This document shows, piece by piece, positions 28,055 to 37,641 of a stretch of DNA of 64,000 bases. The position numbers and the translations under genes are program-made. Below the pieces are notes generated by a model. The model was not told the DNA's origin. It was given only the letters and a program-made list of their open reading frames with translations, and made no database searches. Each line of letters begins with the position of its first letter. Positions within the stretch are counted from its first letter, which is position 1. This stretch comes from Cypionkella sp. (GTDB lineage Bacteria; Pseudomonadota; Alphaproteobacteria; Rhodobacterales; Rhodobacteraceae): NCBI RefSeq assembly GCF_023255415.1, contig NZ_JALRIN010000010.1, one strand, 5' to 3'.

Positions 28055-29517
28055 CGTTTTTGCCCCACGGCGCGGCCCGCGCCTTCGGGCAGCGGCAGAC
28101 CTGCATGGGCCTCGGCAATCGCGCGCAGTTTCGCCCAAACCTCTGGCGCTGCGGGCGAGGCTTTGCCTGCGGCCATATCGACATGCAGACACAGCTGTTC
28201 GATGGTGGCGACGCACTCCTCGCCCTTCATGATCCGCACAAAAGAGCGATAGCGCTTTTCATCGGCCAAAATGATCTGCAGCGTGCCCGTCAGCCGGTCG
28301 CCCAGCTTGGCCTCGCCCAGATGGCGAATGTGGGTTTCGGCGGAATAAAACGAATGCCCGGCGGCGACATAGTCCATCCCCGCCCCGATCAGCCGCAAAA
28401 AGTTATCGACGGTTTCGGAATTGGCAAAGTAATAGCGGCTTTCGGTCATATGGCCGTTGTAATCAATCCAGCCGGGCAGCACCTGCATCTGCGCCATGAC
28501 CAGCGGTTCGGCCTTGGGCGCGGCGTCAATCTCGGCATGAAAGGCGATGGCGCGCTTTTCATCATGGTCGCGCAGCACTTTACCCGCCCCCCAGTTGCGG
28601 TCTTTCAGGGCACGCAAAAAGCCGATCAGGTTGCTGTCGCGAATCCGCTCCAGCTCGCGAATGCTGTGCATCCCCGATTGCGCATCCGACTGGCCTGCGA
28701 TCAGATCGACAAGTTCGTCGTTGAACTCGGGCACATCCATCAGCTTGGTCCAGGGCCAGCTGAGGCAAGGCCCAAACTGCGCCATAAAGTGCTTCATCCC
28801 CGCCTCGCCGCCCGCGACGCGATAGGTCTCGAACAGGCCCATCTGACCCCAGCGCAGGCCAAAGCCCATGCGGATCGCCTCGTCGATTTCTTCGGTGGTG
28901 GCGATGCCGTCCTTGACCAACCACAGCGCTTCGCGCCACACCGCCTCTAGGAAACGGTCGGCGATATGGGCGTCGATCTCCTTGCGGATATGCAGGGGGA
29001 ACATGCCGATGTCTTTCAGGATTTGCTTGGCGTTTTCAATCACCTGCGCATCTGAGCGCGGCGAAGGCACCACCTCGGCCAGCGGCAATAGGTAAACCGG
29101 ATTGAACGGGTGGGCCACGAAAATCACGCTGGGATTGGCGGCTCCTTCTTGCAGCTCTGAAGGCTTGAAGCCCGAGGTGGAAGACCCGATCGGCGTGCCC
29201 AAAGCCGCCGATTGCTGGATCTGCGCAAACACGCGATGCTTCAGGTCCAAACGCTCGGAAACCGATTCCTGAATGTAATCCGCGCCCTCGACCGCCTCGG
29301 TGATGGTGGCGGCAAAGCTTAAGATCCCCTCGGTAGGCATCGGCACATCCGACAGCGCAGGCAAAGCTGCCCGCGCATTGGCCATGACTTCGGAAATCTT
29401 GCGCTCGGCCTCTGGATCAGGGTCAAAGACCGAGACATTCCAGCCGTTCAGCAAGAACCGAGCCGCCCAACCGCCCCCAATAACCCCGCCACCGATGATC
29501 GCTGCTTTTCTTGTCAT
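28051..29517 (-). CDS. lcdH: L-carnitine 3-dehydrogenase fused to a C-terminal hotdog thioesterase domain
   Basis: 488 aa. N-terminus AAIIGGGVIGGGWAARFLLNGWNVSVFDPDP is typical of carnitine dehydrogenase (3-hydroxyacyl-CoA dehydrogenase fold). An extra roughly 150-aa thioesterase-like tail follows. Confidence 0.75.
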   Translation of the reverse strand: MTRKAAIIGGGVIGGGWAARFLLNGWNVSVFDPDPEAERKISEVMANARAALPALSDVPMPTEGILSFAATITEAVEGADYIQESVSERLDLKHRVFAQIQQSAALGTPIGSSTSGFKPSELQEGAANPSVIFVAHPFNPVYLLPLAEVVPSPRSDAQVIENAKQILKDIGMFPLHIRKEIDAHIADRFLEAVWREALWLVKDGIATTEEIDEAIRMGFGLRWGQMGLFETYRVAGGEAGMKHFMAQFGPCLSWPWTKLMDVPEFNDELVDLIAGQSDAQSGMHSIRELERIRDSNLIGFLRALKDRNWGAGKVLRDHDEKRAIAFHAEIDAAPKAEPLVMAQMQVLPGWIDYNGHMTESRYYFANSETVDNFLRLIGAGMDYVAAGHSFYSAETHIRHLGEAKLGDRLTGTLQIILADEKRYRSFVRIMKGEECVATIEQLCLHVDMAAGKASPAAPEVWAKLRAIAEAHAGLPLPEGAGRAVGQKR

Positions 29518-29529
29518 CTGGGTCTCTCC

Positions 29530-30444
29530 TCAGCGGGCCAAAGGCGCGCGTTTTTCCAGCTTTAGCTTGGCGCGCACCTCGGCAGGCGTGATCACCCGCG
29601 CGCCCAGATTGGTGATGATCGAAACCGCACGCTCGACCAATTGCGCATTGGTAGCAAGCACACCCTTTTCTAGCCAAAGATTGTCTTCCAAGCCAACCCG
29701 CACATTGCCCCCCGCCAAAACACTGGCCGCCACATAGGGCATCTGGTTGCGGCCAATGGCAAAGGCGCTCCATTGCCAATCGGCAGGTACATTATTGACC
29801 ATCGCCATAAAGGTGTTCAGATCGTCCGGCGCCCCCCATGGCACACCCATGCACAGCTGCACCAAGGTCGGCGCGAGGATCACGCCCTCGCGCGCCAATT
29901 CTTTGGCAAGCCACAGATGGCCAGTGTCAAACGCCTCGATCTCGATGCGCACACCCGCCGCCGTCATCTGCTGCGCCATGGCGCGCAACATGCCCGGCGT
30001 ATTGACCATGACGTAATCGGCCTCGTTAAAGTTCATTGTGCCGCAATCCAGCGTACAAATCTCGGGCCGGCATTCCACCACATGCGCCACCCGCTCGGTC
30101 GCCCCTGCCATATCAGAGCGTGGCCCCATCCGGCCCATATCTTCCGAGCTTTCAAAATAGATGTCGCCGCCCATGCCGGCGGTCAGGTTCAACACCACAT
30201 CGGTGCCGGAATCGCGGATGCGCTCGGTCACTTCGCGGTAAAGCGCACCGTCACGGCTGGGCTTGCCGGTTTCGGGGTCACGCACATGACAATGCACCAC
30301 CGCCGCACCCGCCTTGGCCGCATCAATCGCCGAGGCCGCAATCTGGGCAGGCGAGCGCGGCACATGCGGGCTGCGGTCCTGCGTGCCCCCCGATCCGGTG
30401 ACAGCACAGGTGATGAAAACGTCGCGGTTCATGGCCAAGGGCAT
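29530..30444 (-). CDS. Beta-keto acid cleavage enzyme (BKACE/DUF849; dehydrocarnitine cleavage-type)
   Basis: 304 aa with AAGGAGG RBS. FITCAVTGSG...HCHVRDP motif typical of 3-keto-5-aminohexanoate cleavage enzyme family. Confidence 0.85.
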   Translation of the reverse strand: MPLAMNRDVFITCAVTGSGGTQDRSPHVPRSPAQIAASAIDAAKAGAAVVHCHVRDPETGKPSRDGALYREVTERIRDSGTDVVLNLTAGMGGDIYFESSEDMGRMGPRSDMAGATERVAHVVECRPEICTLDCGTMNFNEADYVMVNTPGMLRAMAQQMTAAGVRIEIEAFDTGHLWLAKELAREGVILAPTLVQLCMGVPWGAPDDLNTFMAMVNNVPADWQWSAFAIGRNQMPYVAASVLAGGNVRVGLEDNLWLEKGVLATNAQLVERAVSIITNLGARVITPAEVRAKLKLEKRAPLAR

Positions 30445-30517
30445 TGCAATCCTCCTTAAGGTTTGGCCGCAGCATATCGGGCTTGCAAAGCGCCGCTTGT
30501 CATTTTACGAAACTTTT

Positions 30518-31480
30518 ATGTCAAAAAACGCAACGATCTTCGCCGCATCGCAGCAACCGCTGACCCTGGCCCTGCTGGTGCTGCCACAGGCCTCTATTCT
30601 CGAGGTCGCCTCCACCCTCGACCCGCTGCGCGCCGCCAACCGCCACCTTGGCACCGAGGCCTTTCGCTGGCGCGTGGTCACCCCCAACGGCCAAGCAGCG
30701 CCGCTGACCTGCGGCATCGAACTGCCCTCCTCCGGCCCGCTTGCCGCCGCAAAAGGCGCAGATGCGCTGATCGTGATCGCAGGGTTTCGCCAATCCGAAG
30801 TCGCCACAGCCCCGCTGATCCGCGACCTTGCCCGCATTGCGCCGCGCTTTGCCGCCATCGGTGGCATCGACGCAGGGCCTTGGGTGCTGGCGCGCGCGCG
30901 GCTGCTGAATGGCTATAAGGCAACGGTGCATTGGGAAGATTTGGAAGACCTGAGCAGCGCACATCCCGATATCGAGGTGCTGCCCGACCGCTATGTAATC
31001 GACCGCAGCCGCTTTACCGCAGGTGGCGCCGCCCCCGCCGCCGATCTGATGCTGCACCTGATTGCCTGCCGCCATGGCGCAGGCCTTGCCCGCCAAACCG
31101 CCGCCAGCTTCATCACCAGCCCGCGCCCAGCCGCCGAGCCGCAACTGCGCGCAACCCCACAAACCCCACGCCTTGATCCCCGCGTCGCCAGCGCGGTTTC
31201 CCGCATGGAAGCCAACCTTGATGCGCCCGAATCCGCGCGCCAAATCGCCGCCGACATGAACCTCTCGACCCGCCGATTGGAGCAGCTTTTTCGCGAAAAC
31301 CTCGGCCTCACCCCCGCAGCTTATGGTCTGACGCTGCGCTTGGCGGCGGCGCGTCGGATGATCACCGACACCCACCACCCGCTGGCAGAAGTGGCGCTGC
31401 GCTGCGGATTTTCTTCTGCCTCAAGCCTTTCACGCGCCTTTCGCGCCAAATTCGACCGCGCCCCGCGCGATTTAAGATAG
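30518..31480 (+). CDS. GlxA-family (DJ-1/PfpI + AraC HTH) transcriptional regulator, CdhR/GbdR-like
   Basis: Start moved to ATG 30518 (MSKNATIFAAS...). The longer track ORF overlaps the divergent BKACE gene. C-terminal AraC-type HTH. Confidence 0.8.
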   Translation: MSKNATIFAASQQPLTLALLVLPQASILEVASTLDPLRAANRHLGTEAFRWRVVTPNGQAAPLTCGIELPSSGPLAAAKGADALIVIAGFRQSEVATAPLIRDLARIAPRFAAIGGIDAGPWVLARARLLNGYKATVHWEDLEDLSSAHPDIEVLPDRYVIDRSRFTAGGAAPAADLMLHLIACRHGAGLARQTAASFITSPRPAAEPQLRATPQTPRLDPRVASAVSRMEANLDAPESARQIAADMNLSTRRLEQLFRENLGLTPAAYGLTLRLAAARRMITDTHHPLAEVALRCGFSSASSLSRAFRAKFDRAPRDLR

Positions 31481-31507
31481 CGCCGTGCTCTCGCCAATCG
31501 TCGGAAG

Positions 31508-31629
31508 CCTCCGGCGGGGATATTTTTTGCCAAGATGAAAGGCCAAAGCCCGGCGCTTTCATCTTGGTGCAAATATCCCGGGGGAGGCGGGCTTGCCGCA
31601 AGGCAAGCGCGGCGGGGGCAGCGCCCCCT
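31508..31629. repeat. Back-to-back inverted repeat pair (E1 31508-31541 minus, E2 31556-31584 plus) with two GC hairpins
   Basis: GGGGATATTTTTTGCCAAGATGAAAG-N14-CTTTCATCTTGGTGCAAATATCCCGGGGG, then GCTTGCC-gcaa-GGCAAGC (31591-31608) and GGGGGC-agc-GCCCCC (31615-31629). Confidence 0.85.
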
Positions 31630-33639
31630 CTAAGCCTCGAACAGGCCGCGACCTTTTAGCAGGGGCTCTACCCCCGGCATGCGGCCGCGGAATTTGGTGT
31701 AAAGCGCGTCTGGCGGCGCAGAGCCTCCGGCCGAGAGAATGAATTTTTCCAGCCGCGCCGCCGTCGCGGGGTCAAAGGCGTCACCTGCTTCGGTGAAAGC
31801 CGCAAAAGCATCGGCGTCCATCACTTCGGACCACATATAGGAATAATAGCCCGAGGCATAGCCATCGCCCGAGAACACATGCGCGAAATGCGGCGTGGCG
31901 TGGCGCATGCGGATGGCTGCGGGCATGCCCAGAGCTGCAAGCACTTCGGCCTGTTTCTGCATCGGGTCTGCAGGAGCTGCCCCTTCGTGGAAGGCCAGAT
32001 CGACGAGGGCTGAGGCAAGGAATTCTACCGTCGAGAAGCCCTGATCGTAGGTGCCTGCCGCCAAAAGCCGTGCCAAAAGATCGGCAGGCATCGCAGCCCC
32101 CGTTTCGACATGGCGGGCATGTTTTTCCAGCACCTCGGGCACTTCCAGCCAATGTTCGTAAAGTTGGCTGGGCAATTCGACAAAATCGCGCGCCACCGAA
32201 GTGCCCGAGATAAAGCCGTAGGTCACATCCGACAGCATCTGATGCAGCGCGTGGCCAAATTCATGGAACAAGGTGCGCGCGTCATCATAGGACAGCAGCG
32301 CCGGCGTGGCCTTGGCGAAGTTGCAGATATTGACCACCAATGGGCGCACCTCGCCGCCCAATTTGCGCTGCGAACGCATCGCCGAGCACCAAGCCCCCGA
32401 GCGTTTCGATCCGCGCGCAAAGTAATCGCCGATAAAGACCGCCAGATGCTGGCCGTTGCGCGTCACCTCCCAAGCCCTTGCGTCCGGATGGTAAAGCGGC
32501 AGATCCAGCGCACGAAACTCAAGGCCGAACAGGCGGTTGGCGCAGTCAAAGCAGGCTTCCAGCATCGCCTGAAGGCTGAGGTAGGGTTTCAAGACCGCCT
32601 CATCCAGATCATGTTCGGCCAGCCGCCGCGCCTGTGAATAATAGTGCCAATCCCAAGGTTCGAGCGGCCCGGTGAAGCCGTCAGCTTCCAGCCTTATTTG
32701 CAAAAGTGCTGCATCTTCAAGCGCTTTGGCGCGGGCAGGCGTCCAGACCCGCAGCAGTAGATCGCGTACGGCTGCCGGGGTTTTCGCCATCTCGGTTTCC
32801 AGTTTGAAATCGGCAAAAGACCCATAGCCAAGCAGGGCCGCGCGTTCCGCCCGCAGCGCCAAAATCTCGGCGGCGATGGCACGGTTATCGGTCTCGCCAC
32901 CCATAGCTCCGCGGGCGACCCAAGCTTCATAGGCCTTTTGCCGCAGGGCGCGGCGCGGCGAAAACTGCAAGAACGGCACGATTAACGAACGCGACAGCGT
33001 CACCACCGGCCCCATCGCCTTTTCCGCCCCGGCAGCCACTGCCGCCGCGACCACAAAATCGGGCAGGCCTTGCAGATCTTCGGCAGCCAGCGGCATGAAC
33101 CAGCTGCGTTCGTCTGCCAGCAGGTTTTGGCTGAACTGGGTGCCCAAGACCGCAAGCCGGGCTTTAACTTGCGTCAGACGTTCGGCCTCGCCGCCTTTGA
33201 GCTGCGCGCCAGATCGAACAAACATCTGCCGATAAAGCTCGAGCACGCGCGCCTGTTCTGCGCTCAGATCAAGGTCTTCGCGCCGCGCCCACAGCGCCTC
33301 GATCCGCGCGAACAGCGCCTTGTTGTTGGTGACTTCCGAGGAAAACGCGCTCATCTTTGGCGCAAGATCGCGCTGCAAAGCCTCGCGGCCTGGGGTGCTG
33401 TCGGCACCGACAAGATTGTAAAACACCCCTGCGACACGGTCCAGCAGCGCTTCGGCCAGTTCCATCGCCTCGATGGTATTGGCGAAGGTGACCTTAGGCT
33501 GCGCGACGATCTTTGCGATATTGTCGCGCGCCTCGGTGAGGGCCGCGTCAAAAGCGGGGGCGAAATCTTCGTCCTTGATCTGGGCAAAGGGCGGCAGGGC
33601 AAATTCCCCCTCCCAAGCGGTCAGCAAAGCATTGGTCAT
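31630..33639 (-). CDS. dcp: M3 family peptidyl-dipeptidase
   Basis: 669 aa. Zinc site HEFGH (LFHEFGHALH). Overall Dcp/oligopeptidase A pattern. Confidence 0.9.
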   Translation of the reverse strand: MTNALLTAWEGEFALPPFAQIKDEDFAPAFDAALTEARDNIAKIVAQPKVTFANTIEAMELAEALLDRVAGVFYNLVGADSTPGREALQRDLAPKMSAFSSEVTNNKALFARIEALWARREDLDLSAEQARVLELYRQMFVRSGAQLKGGEAERLTQVKARLAVLGTQFSQNLLADERSWFMPLAAEDLQGLPDFVVAAAVAAGAEKAMGPVVTLSRSLIVPFLQFSPRRALRQKAYEAWVARGAMGGETDNRAIAAEILALRAERAALLGYGSFADFKLETEMAKTPAAVRDLLLRVWTPARAKALEDAALLQIRLEADGFTGPLEPWDWHYYSQARRLAEHDLDEAVLKPYLSLQAMLEACFDCANRLFGLEFRALDLPLYHPDARAWEVTRNGQHLAVFIGDYFARGSKRSGAWCSAMRSQRKLGGEVRPLVVNICNFAKATPALLSYDDARTLFHEFGHALHQMLSDVTYGFISGTSVARDFVELPSQLYEHWLEVPEVLEKHARHVETGAAMPADLLARLLAAGTYDQGFSTVEFLASALVDLAFHEGAAPADPMQKQAEVLAALGMPAAIRMRHATPHFAHVFSGDGYASGYYSYMWSEVMDADAFAAFTEAGDAFDPATAARLEKFILSAGGSAPPDALYTKFRGRMPGVEPLLKGRGLFEA

Positions 33640-33666
33640 AGCCGTTCTCCTGTTTGATGCGGGGGC

Positions 33667-34449
33667 TTACCGCTCTGATTTCCGGCGCAACCGCTGCTCG
33701 AGCCTGCGCAGTGCCAGCGACAGGCCGATGGTCATGCTTAGATAGATCAGCGCCACCACATTATAGGTTTCAAAATAGCGAAAATTGCCCGCCGCCGTGA
33801 CTTTGCCCAGCTGGGTGATATCGGCCACGCCCAGCACCGAAACCAAGGAGCTGTCTTTCACCATGGCAACAAAGTCATTGCCCAAAGGTGGCAGAATGGT
33901 GCGAAAGGCTTGCGGTGCGATCACATGGCGAAAGCGTTGCCAGCCGGTCAGGCCCAGCGCTGCGGCAGCCTCGATCTGACCGCGCTCGACCGATTGCAGC
34001 CCTGCGCGAAACACCTCGGCCAGAAAGGCCGAATAGGCCAGCATCAACGCGATAATTGCCCGCCACAGCAGTGGAAAATCGCGGGTAGTCATCGGGGCCC
34101 AGCCAAAGGCCCAATTCCATGCCGCCACAAAGGCAGGCGCGCCGACAAAGGCCACATAAAGCAGCAGCACCATGATCGGCACGCCGCGCATCACTTCGAT
34201 ATAGCCGCGCGAAACCTCGCGCAGCAGCCGAAACCGCGACACCCCCGCAAGCGCCAGCGCAAGGCCCAGCGCACAGGCAAGCCCAAAGGCCACCAGCGTG
34301 ACAAAAACCGTAATGCCGATGCCCTTGGTCAGGGTGCGCATCACTTGGCTGTAAATCTCGCTGGCCCAAACCTGATAGAACAGCCAAAGGCCGGTGATGC
34401 CCAGCACCACCAGCCAATAGGGAAATTCTTGCTGCTGTTTGGGCGTCAT
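33667..34449 (-). CDS. Amino acid ABC transporter permease (His/Glu/Gln/Arg/opine family)
   Basis: 260 aa, multi-TM. EAAxALG-type loop (IEAAAALGLTGWQRFRHV). Confidence 0.85.
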   Translation of the reverse strand: MTPKQQQEFPYWLVVLGITGLWLFYQVWASEIYSQVMRTLTKGIGITVFVTLVAFGLACALGLALALAGVSRFRLLREVSRGYIEVMRGVPIMVLLLYVAFVGAPAFVAAWNWAFGWAPMTTRDFPLLWRAIIALMLAYSAFLAEVFRAGLQSVERGQIEAAAALGLTGWQRFRHVIAPQAFRTILPPLGNDFVAMVKDSSLVSVLGVADITQLGKVTAAGNFRYFETYNVVALIYLSMTIGLSLALRRLEQRLRRKSER

Positions 34450-34458
34450 AAAGCCAGC

Positions 34459-35241
34459 TTATTGGCCCATTTTATAGTCAAGGAACCACTTTTTGTTCAG
34501 TGCCTCGATGCTGCCATCGGCCTTCATCGCCGCGATGCCTGCATTGATTGGCGCCACCAGATCCGAACCTTTGGGGAAGATAAAGCCAAAATCCTCGACC
34601 CCCATCTTTGGCCCAACAATCTTGAGCCCGCCGTTAGAGGCATCGACATAGCCCTGCCCCGCGGTGCCATCGGTCAGCACCAGATCGACATCGCCCGCCT
34701 TCAAAGCTTCGACTGTCGCGCCAAAGGTCTCGAACAGTTTGATCCGCGTGTTGGCCTCGTTGCCATCCAGCACTTCGTAAACGGCGGTATAAAACGGCGT
34801 GGTACCGGGTTGGGCTGCGATCAGCAGCTTGTCATCGGCGGCAAAGGCCGCAGGATCCGCAAAGCGCGCCTCGTCGCCGCGCACCAGCATCACCATTTCC
34901 GAGCGCATATAGGCGTCCGAGAAATCGACCTTTTCCTTGCGGTCTTCCTTAATGGTGATCCCGGTCATGCCCAGATCATACTGGCCTTCCGACACCGCAG
35001 GGATCATCGCATCCCAAGAGGTGTTTTCATATTTCACCGTGAAGTTCAGCTTTTTGGCCAGATCAGCCATGGCATCATATTCCCAGCCAATCGCCTTGCC
35101 ATCCTTGTCGGTGAATTGCAGCGGCGGATAGGCGTTTTCGGTAACAACAACGATTTCTTTCCCACCCAGATCGGGCAGATCGGCCGCAAAAGCGCCAGAG
35201 ACAGTCAAAGCAAGGCCCGCAAGGGCGACAGCAATCTTCAT
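34459..35241 (-). CDS. Amino acid ABC transporter substrate-binding protein (family 3)
   Basis: 260 aa with signal peptide. Typical family-3 SBP pattern. Confidence 0.85.
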   Translation of the reverse strand: MKIAVALAGLALTVSGAFAADLPDLGGKEIVVVTENAYPPLQFTDKDGKAIGWEYDAMADLAKKLNFTVKYENTSWDAMIPAVSEGQYDLGMTGITIKEDRKEKVDFSDAYMRSEMVMLVRGDEARFADPAAFAADDKLLIAAQPGTTPFYTAVYEVLDGNEANTRIKLFETFGATVEALKAGDVDLVLTDGTAGQGYVDASNGGLKIVGPKMGVEDFGFIFPKGSDLVAPINAGIAAMKADGSIEALNKKWFLDYKMGQ

Positions 35242-35460
35242 GGTGTGAACTCCCCGTCACGAATTGGATACACAACTATGTGCGCCATTGCGGCGCAAGA
35301 GCAAGGGCCTGCACGGCCTGTTTGGGTGGAATAGGCACAGCGCGCGCTTTTGCGCATCTTTGTGCATCCCTGCACAGCCTGCACGCGCCTTGGCCCAGAT
35401 CTTGTCATTGCGCCAGCACCGCCTCGGGTCCATGTTTTGTGGCAGTCAAAGGAGGCCATC

Positions 35461-36255
35461 ATGTCCCGACTTCCCACCTATTTCATCAGCCATGGCGGCG
35501 GGCCTTGGCCTTGGGTGCCCGCGATGCGGCAGACCTTTCGCGCGCTAGAGGCCTCGCTGGCGCGGATGCCGTCCGAGATTGGCGCGCGGCCCAAAGCGGT
35601 GCTGATGATCTCGGGCCATTGGGAAACCCCTGATTTCGCGGTGATGTCGTCGCCGCATCCGCCGATGGTCTATGATTAAGGCGGCTTTCCGCCCGAGACC
35701 TATCAGATCACATATCCCGCCCCCGGCGCGCCCGCCCTGGCGCAACAGATCGCAGGTCTGATCGCCGCTGCAAGCCTGCCGACGCATCTGGACGCGAAAC
35801 AAGGCTACGACCACGGCACCTTTGTTCCGGCCTATGTGATGTATCCGCAGGCCGATATGCCGATTTTGCAGGTCTCGCTGCAGCATGGTTATAATCCGGC
35901 GGCGCATTTTGCGCTTGGCCGCGCGCTTGCCCCGCTGCGCGATGCGGGCGTGCTGATCGTGGGCTCGGGTCTGTCCTATCACAATCTGCGCATGTTCGGC
36001 CCTGCCGCCAAAATCCCATCCGAGGCGTTTGACGATTGGCTTTGCGAGGTGATGGCCCTGCCGCCTGAGCCGCGCACCGCTGCCTTGCTGGATTGGGAGC
36101 AAGCCCCCTATGCCCGCATCTGCCATGAGCAGGAAGACCACCTTGCGCCACTGTTCGTGGCCCTTGGTGCCGCCGAGGCCGACCCCGCCCAGCAGGTCTA
36201 TCACGACAAGGGCCTGATGGGTGGCGTCACCGCCAGCAGCTATAAACTGGGCTAA
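35461..36255 (+). pseudogene. 4,5-DOPA dioxygenase extradiol (YgiD/DODA) family gene interrupted by one in-frame TAA (35677-35679)
   Basis: AAGGAGG RBS before ATG 35461. Track ORFs 35350..35679 and 35836..36255 are in the same frame. Translation reads ...PPMVYD*GGFPPETYQITYPAPGAP... where homologues have Tyr/Phe (D-Y/F-GGFP). Confidence 0.75.
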
Positions 36256-36569
36256 CGCGCCACAGCGCCTGATCCGATTCGCGCGCGCCAGCCCGCGCCA
36301 AGGCCAGCACAGCTTTGGTGCGGGGCCTTTGGCGTCAATTTAACCGCGCCCAACCAAGGCCTTAGACCCCAAGGCCCTGCCCTGCCAGATCTGTCATGAA
36401 ACCGTTGCACGCCTGACCGAGGCTGACCGCGAGGCGCAGCCTCATCTGTCCCCAAGCTTGGCCCCGCCGTCGGCCCCGCCCTTCTGTCCCACCCCGACAG
36501 AGGGGCGTTTTTCTGCTTTCCCCCGCGCGCCACTCATGCCACCTTCGCGGCAATAGCAGGAGAAAACAC

Positions 36570-37433
36570 ATGGCCTTCGGCACCGCAATCCGCACCTATT
36601 TTGAAGGCAAATGGCACGAGGGCGATCTGCCCGTGATGCGCGCCGCCGATCATGGCATCTGGCAGGGCAGCTCGGTCTTTGACGGCGCGCGGCTGTTTGA
36701 CGGGGTCTGCCCCGATCTTGACAAGCATTGCGAACGCCTGAACCGCTCGGCCGAGGCGCTGATGATCACCCCCACTGTCGCCGCCGCTGAGATGGAGGCG
36801 ATCATCCGCGAAGGCTTGCAGGCCTATAGCCCCAGCCAATCGGTCTATGTGCGGCCAATGTATTGGGCGATCCACGGCTCTAAACTGGGCATCACGCCAC
36901 TGGCGGGGGCCACAGGCTTTGCGATCAGCCTGGAAGAGGTCGCCATGCCTGCGCCCGATTTTGCCACCACTGTGACCCGCACCCGCTTTCGCCGCCCCGT
37001 GATCGAAGATGCGGTCTGCAATGCCAAAGCCGGCTGCCTTTATCCCAACAATGCCCGCATGTTGGCCGAGGCCGAGGCCAAGGGCTACGGCAATGCGCTG
37101 GTCGCCGATGCGATGGGCAATCTGGCGGAATCGGCCACCGCCAATGTGTTTCTGGTCAAAGACGGCGTGGTGCTGACGCCGATCCCGAATGGCACCTTTC
37201 TGGCAGGCATCACAAGGGCGCGCCACATCGCCAACCTGCGCGCCGATGGCTTTGAGGTGCGCGAGACTGTGCTGAGCTTTGAAGACGCCCATGCGGCGGA
37301 TGAAATCTTCCTGTCCGGCAATTTCGCCAAAGTCACCGCTGTAAAGGAATTCGACGGCACCCACTACCCCCACCGCCCCGTAACCGACCGCGCCCGCGCG
37401 CTTTATATGCAATGGGCGGCAACGCAGGCTTAG
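36570..37433 (+). CDS. Branched-chain amino acid aminotransferase (class IV PLP enzyme)
   Basis: 287 aa with AGGAGA RBS. Class IV aminotransferase pattern. Confidence 0.85.
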   Translation: MAFGTAIRTYFEGKWHEGDLPVMRAADHGIWQGSSVFDGARLFDGVCPDLDKHCERLNRSAEALMITPTVAAAEMEAIIREGLQAYSPSQSVYVRPMYWAIHGSKLGITPLAGATGFAISLEEVAMPAPDFATTVTRTRFRRPVIEDAVCNAKAGCLYPNNARMLAEAEAKGYGNALVADAMGNLAESATANVFLVKDGVVLTPIPNGTFLAGITRARHIANLRADGFEVRETVLSFEDAHAADEIFLSGNFAKVTAVKEFDGTHYPHRPVTDRARALYMQWAATQA

Positions 37434-37641
37434 GAGGGGGGCAGCGGTTTGGGGTCAAGGCAAACGCCCTTGGGCGCGATTGTCAGATGATAACTCAGAA
37501 GTCGTTGCTGGGGTTGCTGCGATGGAAAGGGAGCACAGACCTTCAATAAAGGCTTGAGTTTTGGATGGGGTTTATGGCTGTGCAAGGCAGTGAGGTTTGT
37601 GTATCCTCCAAACAAAAAGTCAAGATTTTCAGGCCATTTCG

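Noticed and set aside
36534-37412. 292-aa minus-strand ORF opposite the aminotransferase gene
   Set aside because: The plus-strand product matches class IV aminotransferases and has an RBS. The antisense ORF is a shadow frame.
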